A DNA stretch of 64,000 nt, from the NCBI RefSeq assembly GCF_006345805.1, contig NC_043004.1:31992001-32056000 (forward strand), written 5' to 3'. Both the position numbers and the translations under genes were made by a program. Below, piece after piece: positions 36,833-48,551 of the stretch. The notes under the pieces are model-generated. The model searched no databases. It had not been told where the DNA came from and worked only from the letters and a program-made list of their open reading frames with translations. Positions within the stretch are counted from its first letter, which is position 1. Each line of letters starts with the position of its first letter. The DNA comes from Octopus sinensis (Eukaryota).

Positions 36833-39170
36833 GAGCCACCACAGATCAGTCCCTATCAAGCAATTCTATTTTTCGTACATTTCTATAAATGGTAGAGCAA
36901 AATCTGGGAGATATTTGACTGCTATTTCTAAGAGGTTGAGCAACTATATGTTGGCCTTTTTTTTTTGTGAGAATAAGGATAAGGTAGGGTTGTTTATAAG
37001 AGAGTGTGTGGCCAACTCAGTAAGACTGTTGGCCAACCAGCCAAGAGCTTACTGGTTCATATCCTATCATCAATATCATAATGTGTTATCAGCCAAAACA
37101 TTTAGTTCTCAAATGGATTCAGTCTGCCTAACTATAAACACCACAGAGTAGTATGCAGTAGCAGCTCTGCATAAATAACAAGTGCTTTATTAGCTTGGTT
37201 TCCTTCCGTTCAGCTTCTACAGTTGGAGGGCATCGTGGTGGTGGTGGTGGTGGTCAGAATGGGAACTGTATTACTCTTATTTTTATGTGGGGCCAATAGG
37301 TATAATTCCCCATTGATGGATACCTCTAGTCATGGAGGCTCGTGTAATTGACTTGATTGTACTCAGCATAGCTTGATCTTTCAACCTTCCAGGTTGAGTC
37401 AGCAGTGATGTCATGGATGGATGGCTGTCAGAACACTCAGATACACCACAGGAAACAACTTCTACCCAGTGGTAACTTGTTCATATCTACACAGATATCT
37501 GTATGAGACACTGGTTGAGATATAATTATACAGTTACCTAATACAGGTGGCTCACTCACACAGGTTCATAACACATGCTGCTTGAGCCAATGAAGGAGCC
37601 TATAAGTGGTTTCTTAGATGCTAGACATAACAGCTGAATCTCTCTCAAATGATACCTTCATCATAGGTCAATGTTGATGATTCTGTTCAGAAAAAAAAAA
37701 AAAACACTAGTGAACAGTGAGTTAGGCAGTTGGCCCCCACCTCTCCAGACTGCCTTTCTGGGCCTCCATGCCAAGTACCAAATAGTGTACAAGAGTGCAA
37801 TGAGCATGGTTAACAATGAGGCTACTCTACAGTTGCAGCTCACTTGCAAGTTGATACCTAACTTTTGTTTGATGGTGCAGATCTTTCACTTGGCCACAAT
37901 AACCTGCAAATTGTTAGTCTAGGACTCTTCAGTCTTGTTGATTATCCAATGTCCTGTTGCTGATGTCTTTACCATATCCCTGTCATGGGAGGCTAAGGAG
38001 TTGCTGGTACTTGCCCAAGGTACCACCTCAGTCTATGGACAGAAGGGGCAACTTTTTCTCTCTTTTATAGCTTGCCACTGTTTTTGGGTCCTGTACCATA
38101 CCTTCCTGTTTTAAATAAATAAAGACATACTGATAGTGTACTCTGAGATGTACTACATCTAAAACTATAATGGAATGGTCATTGCTGGAATATCTTACAT
38201 TGTAGACTTGAGTTAGTTTTGATTTAGGACTAAACAACAACACACATGCACGTGCACACACACACACACACACACATTTTGACCTTGACCAGCAGTTCCC
38301 TGACCTAAGGTCAATGAACTATGTTAAAAATTTTAAAAGGCTGCAGTATATTAAATATATAATTTTTCAGGGCTCTAAGTAGTTAAGATGTTTGCTCCTT
38401 AACCACATGGTTTCAGGTTCAGTCTCATTGCTTGGCAATTTTGGCAAGTGTCTTCTACTATAGCCCCAGACTGATAAAAGCCTCAGGAGTGGATTCAATA
38501 GATGGAAACTGAAAGAAGCCGAAGTGTATTTGTGCATATATGCATATGCATACATATATATGACAGAATTAGCAGTTTTAAAATATTACTACCTTTGCAG
38601 TTCAGGATGTCTTTAAATTACCTTTACAATTTGAAGTATAAAAGTTGTAAAGGTAATTCATAGATACTCTATATTATAGTTATCAAAAAGGTTTTGGATT
38701 AGTAGAATTGGTAGAGCAGCTGACAAAATACCAAATGAGGTTTAGTTATGTAAATAGTTATATCTCCTTATGTTCTGAGTTCAAAGGTTAAGTTTGACTA
38801 TGATTCTTCCAGGGTTGATAAAATAAGCACTTGTCACATAGTGAGTGTCAGTATAACCAGTCATGCCCATCTCTCAAAATTGTATCCTTGTAAGTTAGAA
38901 ATCCTTATTATCAAACTGAGTATTGAATGTTCAACTCTGTAGAGAAAACCCCACTCAAGAACAGAAATCATTTACATCCTCCTCCTTTCTCTCAAATGTG
39001 TGGTTTTCAGACAAAGTCAAATATGTTTTTTTTCTTTTTTCCTCATTATTGAATCCCACAAAATACCATCAAAAACTTTTCTGAATCCTTACATGATTCT
39101 CCACCACACCTCTATACTCATATGAGCAATAACAACATACTGTTTTTCATGTTTATTTTTCTGTTTATAG

Positions 39171-39324
39171 GAATTGGTTCTGGAAATGGTCCATTGGAAC
39201 AATGTGTGCAACTAGCAAACAGACCGTCGGTCAAACAGAACTGGATGAAATGTCATCATTTGATAATTGATGAAGTATCCATGGTACACAGAGATTACTT
39301 TGATAAATTAGAAGCAGTGGCTCG
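39171..39324 (+). CDS. PIF1: PIF1 coding exon 4 (Walker B, start of Pif1 signature)
   Basis: GIGSG...HHLIIDEVSMVHRDYFDKLEAVAR|gtgagg. Confidence 0.96.
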
Positions 39325-39741
39325 GTGAGGAAACTTCTTTCTTTCTTGTTGTTTGTTTTATATCTATTTTTCAATATCAGTACTCTAACAAGGCCGCCAC
39401 ATTAGGATGGTTAAAGCCAATAAAAAGAATTATATGTGTATATATTTATATGTGTGTCTTTGTGTCTTTGTGACAACTAAGCTTGGTGTGGTTATGTCCC
39501 TGTAACTCAGCAGTTCAGCAAAAAAAAAAAAGAAAAAAACCCATAGAATAAGTACTAGGCTTACAAAGAATAATTCCTGGGGTCGATTTCTGTGACTAAG
39601 AAAAACCCTTTAAGGCAGTGCTCCAGCATGTCTGCAGTCAAATGACTGAAACAAGTAACAGCATAACACACACATGCACGCACCACACAGATCATATCGG
39701 AATATATTGTAAAAATATGATTCTTTACTCCTCCATTGCAG

Positions 39742-39856
39742 GTTAATCCGCAGAAATGACAAACCGTTTGGTGGCATCCAAGTCATAGTCAGTGGAGATT
39801 TCTTGCAGTTGCCTCCAGTTACCAAAAAATCTGATAAAAAGAAATTTTGCTTCCAG
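39742..39856 (+). CDS. PIF1: PIF1 coding exon 5 (signature end, motif III)
   Basis: ttgcag|G-LIRRNDKPFGGIQVIVSGDFLQLPPVTKKSDKKKFCFQ|gtcaga; this exon is absent from the ORF track. Confidence 0.96.
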
Positions 39857-39999
39857 GTCAGATAGTTTTCAGTCAAATTTTTTGGTTTTTGAGGTGAATT
39901 TGCTATCAGTCAGGTTGCAAGATTAGATCAGGTTCTGTCTCATGATACTTACCTCAAATGGCCCCATCTGTCTATGTATTTGGGAACCATGGTGATTTT

Positions 40000-40318
40000 T
40001 ATATACAACATCAACCCGCAGCCTTCTGACTCCTAGCTATCAATCATCTGACCGCTGTTTTACTCTCATTTGATGCAACAGATGTAGGCTGGAAGAGGCC
40101 TCGTGGCAGGCCCTGCATCAGATGGCTGGATGTGATTGGGGAAGATCTTCAGAGGTCAACGTCACCTAGGAGGATGCAGAGGGGCTGGCATGGGAATGTC
40201 AGCAATGGAGAACACTGGTGGAACTGGTTGGTTCTTCACACGATGACACCTCTGGGACCACTAACTTGAAATGTCTCCAGCCTCATCAAGCAAGAGCATG
40301 AAGCCAAACCAAGCTACA
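40000..40318 (+). mobile_element. RTE-clade LINE 3' fragment
   Basis: Encodes GWKRPRGRPCIRWLDVIGEDLQR, the RTE ORF C-terminal KRPRGRPxxRWxD motif. Confidence 0.75.
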
Positions 40319-40620
40319 TCATCATCATCATCATCGTCGTTTAACGTCCGCTTTCCATGCTAGCATGGGTTGGACGGTTTTGACTGAAGGCTGGCAAACC
40401 AGATGGCTGCACCAGGCTCCAGTCTTGATCTGGCAGAGTTTCTACAGCTGGATACCCCTCTTAACGCCAACCACTCCAAGAGTGTAGTGGGTGCTTTTTA
40501 CCTGCCACCGGCACGGGGGCCAGTCAGGCAGTACTGGCAATGACCTCACTCGAATCTTTTTACACGTGCCACCGGCACAGATGCCAGTGAAGCGACGTTG
40601 ATAATGATCACGCTCAAATA
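40318..40620 (-). mobile_element. SINE-like repeat with (GAT)n tail; other copies at 33567-33720, 52196-52480, 12535-12800, 1510-1740
   Basis: Recurrent catcatcgtttaacgtccgctttccatgctagcatgggttggacgg...ggatgcccttcctaacgccaaccac. Confidence 0.8.
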
Positions 40621-40732
40621 TGTAAACATATTACCAATTAATTAAAATATGCTTCTTAACCGGAGACTTAACTATTTGATTCATTCCCTGGCATGTGATT
40701 TATTTCTCCTTCTTTCTTCACTTCTTTCCCAG

Positions 40733-40839
40733 TCACCTGCCTGGCGGAAATGTATCAACATTAATCTAGAACTGACAGAAATCAAGCGACAAGATGATCC
40801 AAAATTCATTGACATTCTTCAGAATATCAGGAAAGGAAT
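40733..40839 (+). CDS. PIF1: PIF1 coding exon 6 (motif IV)
   Basis: SPAWRKCININLELTEIKRQDDPKFIDILQNIRKG-M|gtaagt. Confidence 0.95.
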
Positions 40840-42790
40840 GTAAGTTATTGTAATAGTAGTTGTTATTGTTGTTGTTTAACCCCAGGTCATCTCTAGTTGT
40901 ACCAACCTATGATTAATGATATTCCAGCTGTGAGCATCTTGTCTTTTTCTATATCTAGAACTACATTATCTAATATGTCTGTATCCATTTTTCATGATTG
41001 TTGTATGTGATTTTAGGGAGATCTGACTGCTGTTTCTAGCAGGAGGGATGACTGCATAGAGACACCTTCAATGGAATGATAAGGAAAGATAATAGTGGCA
41101 GTGGTGGTGGTGTATCATAGTCAGTGGAATGCTAGACAAATACGCTGCAGTATTTAGCTACGCTTTATGTTTTGAGTTCAAAACTTTGCCTTTCTTCATC
41201 CTGAAATCTATAAAATAAATACCAGTGATATACTGTGGTCAATTAAATTATTTGTTGCTTTCCCACTACTTCCCTACAATATTTCTATCTTTTGGTATCT
41301 ATGTTAGAAACCCTCCTCCTCATCATCATCCTTTTCTTCATCCCTCATTTTTTTCTCTTTTTTCATCAGCCAAAGCCTTGGGAATGGGTTTGATAGATAG
41401 AAACTAGAAGAAGCCCACCAAATGTATGTTTGCCTCCTTGTCTTGGCATCTTGCTATAGCTACAAATAAGCATGACCTTCATACAAGCTGTGTCATTCAT
41501 TCCCAGACTTTTGTAAAACTTATCCAACAGTGGAACTATCACCTGGGGAAATTGCATTTTGATAGTTCAGTATCTTATCCAAAGTGAAATGTATCTTGCC
41601 TATGCGCCATCCATTTAACAGCATAAGGCTGAAGACAAATCTTTAAATGCTCTTGTTGGATTAGATGTCATTTATATCTTTCCTCTGTATCATTGTCATT
41701 ATCATTTAATGTTTTTGTTCCCTGCTGGTGTGGATTGAATGGTGGGTCCAAAGACTGCATTGTGCTCTAGCATCTGCTTAAGGATGGTTTCTATGGACAG
41801 ATGCCGTTCCTAATGCCAACCACTTTACAGCTTGTACTGGGTGTGTTTATCATGCCACCACCACAAGTGATGTTACCACACAGTTTGCAAGACAAAGATC
41901 TCTCTTGACTGAGTGGGATTACAATAGAGGGGGAAGCAGCTTTATGGTAAAAGATGAGGGGATAAAGTATGAACAATGGGCCAGAACTGAACAGGTTTCT
42001 TGCTGTAGACAAGCTAACTGGCTACTGACATTATAGAAGAAAGGTGGAGCTTGAAAAAGAAACAAGCATATATATAGGCACAGGTGTGGCTGTGTGGTAA
42101 GAAATGGCGAGCTGGCAGAAACGTTAGCACACTGGGCAAAATGCTTAGTGGTATTTTGTCTGTCTTTTCGTTCTGAGTTCGAATTCTGCTGAGGTCGACT
42201 TTGCCTTTCATCCTTTCGGGGTTATGCACTGGGGTCAATGTAATCGGCTTAATTCCTTTGTCTGTCTTTGTTTGTCCTCTCTATGTTTAGCCCCTTGTGG
42301 GCAATAAAGAGACAAGAAGCTTGCTTCCCAACCACATTGTTCTGTGTTCAGTCCCACTACATGGCATCTTGGGCAAATGGCTTTTACTGTAGCCTTGGGC
42401 TGATCAATACTTGGTGAGTGAATTTGGAAGCTGGAAACTGAAAAAAGCCTGGAGTCATTCTGTTACTTCTGCTAAATATTTATAAAAATGTGTGTGTTTG
42501 TGTCTGTGTTTGTTTCATCACCACCCAGCTTGGCAACCGGAGGTGGTGTGTTTACATCCCTTTAACTTAGTGGGGATGTAAGCTTGTGTAATTGACCTTA
42601 GGCTTAACAGAATACGTCCTGGGTCGATTTATTTGACTAAAGCCTTTCAAAGCTGTGTCGCAGCATGACTGAAACAAGAAAAAAATTAGAAACAAACACA
42701 TATGTAGGGTGACGTTAATGAGGTGTCAGAGAGTCCTCTCAAGACATTATGGTTTTAATATATCAAGAATGACATTGTTCTCGTTAACAG

Positions 42791-42930
42791 GTGCCCTAAG
42801 TATATCAATGATGCTCTTCAGAACACAGTGAATTCTCACAGCCAGCAAAATGGTATTGAAGCCACTCGGCTGTGTACCCATAAAGATGATGTCAACTACA
42901 TCAATTTGAATCAACTTGCTAAGCTGAAAG
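42791..42930 (+). CDS. PIF1: PIF1 coding exon 7
   Basis: aacag|G-CPKYINDALQNT...NGIEATRLCTHKDDVNYINLNQLAKLK-G|gtgaga. Confidence 0.95.
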
Positions 42931-42949
42931 GTGAGACTTTATTTTTTCA

Positions 42950-43315
42950 CACACATGTATGAATATATGCATGTAAGCATCTACATACACATACATTTAG
43001 ATGTATATATACAAGTATGTAAATCACGCACACACATATGCGTGCACATGTATGAATACACACATGTAACCATCTACATACACATTTGGATGTATATATG
43101 TAAGTATGAAAAGATGTGTGAGTTCATATGTGTAAACATCTACACATTAATGAGTGCATACACGTAGCTAAATACATGCACGCACATATTAGTGATTCCA
43201 CACGAGTATATAAACACACATATAAGTGTGTGTATATATAATCTACACATACACACATGTATAAGAGGATGCTTCTAAATATGTATACACAAACATGTTT
43301 CATGCATACATATAC

Positions 43316-43409
<94 letters not shown>

Positions 43410-43410
43410 T
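42950..43410. repeat. Compound low-complexity tract: degenerate ~90-bp duplication, then (TG)n(TA)n(CA)n
   Basis: Direct read of the sequence. Confidence 0.85.
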
Positions 43411-45822
43411 CATGCGTAGATGTAGCTATGCAGTTACATATCTAGAAGTGTACACAATCATGCATGTACAAAAGTATCTATACACAAAACTAGTGAAAAC
43501 ACACATATAAAAGTATTTTATACATACTTGACTTTTAGTTGAAACTGTCACACAATCTAGAAGAATTTTCAGAAATCCACAGTTGCAGGCATGGCTATGT
43601 GGTAAGAAGCTTGCTTCCGAACCACACGGTTCCAGGTTCAGTCCCACTACATGGCACCTTGGGAAAGTGTCTTCCACTATAGCCTCTGGCCAACCAAGGC
43701 CTTGTGAGTGAATATGGCAGATGGAAACTAAAAGAAACTCTCAATGTATACATATATATATATATATATGTCTGTGCTTGTTTCCCACTACCACTTGACA
43801 ACCAGTGTTGGTGTATTTACATCACTGTAACTTAGTGGTTCGGCAACAGAGACCAATAGAATGAGTATCAGGCTTAAAAAATAAAAAATAAGTATTGGGG
43901 TCGATTCATTCATCTAAAACGATTCTTCAGTGCCTAATGACTGAAACAAGTAAAAGATAAAAGATAAAAGATACATGTAAACATACATGCACCTGCATAT
44001 GTACACACATACATATAAGCACACATGCATATTCACAAACATACACATAAACACACATACCACTCACACGCTTTTATATCCTTCTATACATTGGATATAG
44101 AGATTTCATGAAGCAGGGATAAACACAACTGTCTTCACTCGACCTACTTCAATTTACTCCACTAAACATGATACTCCAATAAATACAAACTCTCAACAAT
44201 CTCAGCGACTTCCACAAACTCTCAACAACTCCTATGACTTTTCTCCCATCTCAATCAAAGTGCTACTCTTTATAAGAGTTCAGCTATTCCATTCTTCCAA
44301 TCTCAGAGGGGTGTCAATGACTCTTGCCTCAATATCTCCCCCTTTTGAGACTGACTTCTGTTGGAAGTTAATATTATTATTTTTTCTTTATTTTTTTTCT
44401 TTCACCACATCTCTCTTTTTGAGATTTTCTTCTCTGGGAAGTTTAATATTTCTCCTTATAGGCACTACTTCCAACCATTCTGTTTGTTTCCTCTATCTTG
44501 TTCTGCTACACCTAGGTTTGATTTCTTGTGGTGTTGGAACATCAAAGGTGTTGTAGAGCACTTCCATGGGTGTCTCTTTTCTTTTTTCCATATATCTGTT
44601 TTTTAACTGGTTTAAATGTCTTTTGTGCTCCCATTTTTCACCTCTTATCATATACGTCATTTTGTGTATTTTTCACATGGTTTTTTTGATAGAACATACA
44701 GTATTTTTCGTGTTTGGCAGGGGATAATTGTTTTAAAATTGTCTATCCAATTTTTGCATTCCTCTTTGAAGATTTCTTCATATCTTTGGAAATATGTAGG
44801 AAAAGTAATACCTTCTAGGTTATAACTAAATTCTGTAATTGCGTTTGCTATGCTGTCTGGTGAGAACAAAGTTTCACAGCCATGCCTGTACCTAGATATA
44901 TGTAGATCTATAAGTATGCATACACCAGAAAATGAGAAGTAAACATGGTTGATTTTGTATTTCATGAAAGAGAATTAAGAGAAACAGTTATATGATGTAG
45001 AGTCAATTGGGAAAAATGAAGGTGCTGAACTATATATAAGATGTGTGTGTCTGGTGTAGGGATGGAACACTTGTAACAATGCTTCATCTAAAAAGGCTCA
45101 GTAACCATGAGGGTTACACAGTGATAGTCTAATTGCTACATGATCATCAAATTAAACTTTACTACCATAAGTAGTCATGTATGTCCAGGATAGGGTTAGG
45201 ATATTGAATCCTCACAAACAATCCCTTGTATAAGGTGTCACAGTGGCTGTGAGGTAAGTGTCATAGTATACACATTACAGGGTCATGAGTTCAAACCTAG
45301 CTACAGACATGTTTGTTTCTTTTACTGCTTACACAAAGATTATCCTCGTGTTTACCTCAGCCTACCTGCACCAACAACAGGCTCCACTGTGTGGCACTTT
45401 GGGTAAGTTTGTTTCCTGAACATGTAGTTTTGGTTCAGTCTCTCTGTACAATAGTTTAGTCAAGTGTCTTCTTACTATGGCCCGAAGCTAAGCAAAGCCT
45501 TGTGAGTGGATTTGTTAGATGGAAACTGAAAGAAGCCCATCATATAAATAAATATATATATTTGTACATGTGGGTGTGTCTTTGTGTTGTGTTTGTCCCC
45601 CACCACCACCACTTGACAACCAGTGTTAGTCACCATAACTTAGTAATTTGTTAAAAGTTACTAATAGGATAAATATCACACTTAAAAATTAGTACTGGGG
45701 AAAATTTCTTTAACTAAACCCTTCAAGGCAGTACGTCAGCATGGCCACTGTCCAATGACTGAAACAAGTAAAAAATAAAAGATAACTACTACTACTACTA
45801 CATAAAAACTCTTGTCTTTCAG

Positions 45823-45923
45823 GAGATTGCCGGGTGTTTACAGCAACGTGTAACAGTGAATATGTATCTGAAGGTGACCACTGTCCAGTGGAGCCAAAAC
45901 TGAAGCTTAAAATTGGAACACAG
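45823..45923 (+). CDS. PIF1: PIF1 coding exon 8 (2B domain)
   Basis: tttcag|GDCRVFTAT...HCPVEPKLKLKIGTQ|gtaaga; phases fit both neighbours. Confidence 0.92.
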
Positions 45924-45932
45924 GTAAGATTA

Positions 45933-46180
45933 TGGTGGTGTTTAACCCCAGGTCAACTCTGACTGAGCAACCCTAAGGATGTTATTATTTAGCCCTAGGT
46001 CAGTCTGACCTAACATACTTAAGGCTGTTGTTGTTTAACCCAAGGTTAACACTAACTGAGCATGGCTGATCTTGTTGATGTTTAGCTCTAGGTCAGTTTG
46101 ACTGACCAAACCCAAGACTGTTGTAGTTGTTTAGCCCAAGGCCAGCCTAGCTGAACATAACCAACTGTGTTGTTCAGTTC
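45933..46180. repeat. Tandem array of about 45-48 bp units, 5 to 6 copies
   Basis: Units begin ttg(t)tgtttaaccccaggtca / tttagccctaggtcag. Confidence 0.8.
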
Positions 46181-47434
46181 CAGATGAGGTCCTTGAATGC
46201 AAGAATTGAGGCCAGATCTTCAGTCCACAGATAACTTCCTCCCTTTCTTCTACTAGTCATGGAAACACTGAAAAAGTAGGCCATGCATTATATTTCTTCC
46301 TCACTGTTTGCACCTCTCTTACTATGGTTGAGCAAACCTATTATCAAAACTACGACCATCCTATCTATTTTCAGGGTAGTGTATTCTGGAATTTCTTCTC
46401 CAATGTATATTTTTTTGATGGTAAGATGTGAATGGCAAGTGAATTTGCTGTTATTTTCAGTAGGTCGAATGGTCACTTAGAATACCTTCATCTGCCACCA
46501 AGCTGTAGATCATTCTCATTCAAGCTTGAATGGTTGGTATTAAGAGGTTTTATGATGAAAAAAGGACTTTTGTGAAGAATTCATCTCTTCATCATTTTAA
46601 TGATCACTTACCTATGCTTGCATAAATCTGATGAAATTCATTGGAGCAAATATTTTTATGACTGGGTGCTCCTGTCATTAACTCTTACCTGTTTCCAAGC
46701 AAGCTAATATTTCCCTGTGGTCAAACACGTTTTCAGGGAAAATTGGAAATGAACGACACTGCTTCTATAACAGGGAAAAATCATTTACAATTATTGCCTG
46801 ACGTCAGGGCAAGACGACAAACGCACACATACATATATACATTGCCAATTACCACCTACCACCTGTCTGAGCCATTCCTATTTCTTTCTCCTTCCCTAAA
46901 CTGATATTTACCATTGACCATACTTCCACTCTTGTTCATCATTCACTACATTACCCTCTATCTCTGTCTATAGCCATTTGCCATTCTTCTTTCGCATCCT
47001 TATGAACATACTCACCCACCCTTCCTAATTCTTTGTATTCTCACCATCTTGTACCTTGAAAGTATGCCCTAACACCTCATCATCACTGTCCTTATTTCTC
47101 AGCTACTTCCAACTACCCTTATATAATGTGAGGTAACCATGTATCCCCTCTACAGTATGAAACCTGTTCCTACCCATTCTTTCGTAATTCAACTTTTTAA
47201 CATCTGACATAAAGCCACTTCCACTCACTTGAAGGGGGCTTGTCTTGCTTGAGTGTACATTCTGTAAAGAGGTTAATGTTAAGAGTATCTACTCACACAG
47301 CTTTGGACTGTAGTAAAAAAACACTTTCCTATGGTGTTCCATATTATGTATGTATATATTATATGGATGTGTGTATTATTAGTTAATATATTGAATCAAT
47401 ATTTTGTTCAATAGTTTTTTGTATGTTTTATTAG

Positions 47435-47522
47435 GTGATGTTGACAAAGAACTTGGATCTCCAACGAGGTCTTGTGAATGGTGCAAGAGGTGTAGTGTGT
47501 AGCTTTGATAAAGGAAGTGAAG
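47435..47522 (+). CDS. PIF1: PIF1 coding exon 9
   Basis: VMLTKNLDLQRGLVNGARGVVCSFDKGSE-G|gtaact. Confidence 0.96.
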
Positions 47523-48408
47523 GTAACTATTTGAATATCACTCTGGTAGGTTTGATTCTTTACCCATTAGGGATTTGGTCACAAAATGAAGATTTAAGAA
47601 GCACTTCTAGTTGTAAAAACAACTGCTTCAACTAGAGTGAAAGTATTTTGCTCAATTCAGATGAGAAACGAGATACAGAGCAACTGGAATAAATTGGAAG
47701 ACCAGATTCTTTATTACAGAACATGCAAAAGTACAGCAGTTAAAGTTTCATAATTTGAAAGGATGATCTTTAATCCAAAGGCCTGAAGATCACATTGAAA
47801 AGACTGAAATATTAACTAATTAACATTTCATCTATTCATTCATTTTTATGTCCTATGTCTGTTTTTCTGTGCTATCGGGGATCAGATGAATATATTATTG
47901 AAGTAGTGTTTTACAGCTGGATGCCCTTCCAGTCACTAACCCTTACCTGTTTTCAAATAGGGTATCTCTTATTCCAAAGGTACAAAGCCTGCAGACGATA
48001 TGTTACACAGGAAATGACAACAATATCACCACTTGTAGCTCAGAAGTGTAAATGTAAACAGAAAGACACATACATACACATGTATGTATGTAGATGCCAA
48101 GAACTTCTTTCTGTGTTGGACTGGGGCTATAGTAGAAGACTCTTGCCCAAGGTACCATACAGTAGCCTTGGAAGTAAACTTCTAAACTTATACAGCTAGA
48201 TTTGAAGCTAAAGAGCACAAAATCCCATTATCATGCAAGATCTTAATAAATACTGAGTACTTGTTACCAGCAAGGTGACCACAAAATATTTAATGTAAGA
48301 TCCTGGCTAGAGGAAGGTGCCCTAATCAATACTGGAGATGTTTGTAGTATAATTATTACTTTTTTCAGCACTTGTCTTTCTCTCATGATTTCTTTCCATA
48401 TTCCACAG

Positions 48409-48551
48409 GATGGCCCCATGTAAAATTCCTGTCTGGAACAGTGGAATGTATTAGACCATTACGATGGGTTATCAAGTCCAGTTCAGTAGTGACTGTATGG
48501 AAGCAACTACCTCTAAAACTAGCCTGGGCTATTTCTATACATAAAAGTCAG
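48409..48551 (+). CDS. PIF1: PIF1 coding exon 10 (motif V start)
   Basis: GWPHVKFLSG...KQLPLKLAWAISIHKSQ|gtttgt. Confidence 0.96.

Noticed and set aside
43124-43510. Several overlapping Y/I/T/H/V/C-rich ORFs
   Set aside because: Dinucleotide microsatellite artefacts.
44260-44965. ORFs of 68-102 aa, possibly a decayed LINE RT
   Set aside because: No intact motif could be read confidently; left uncalled.
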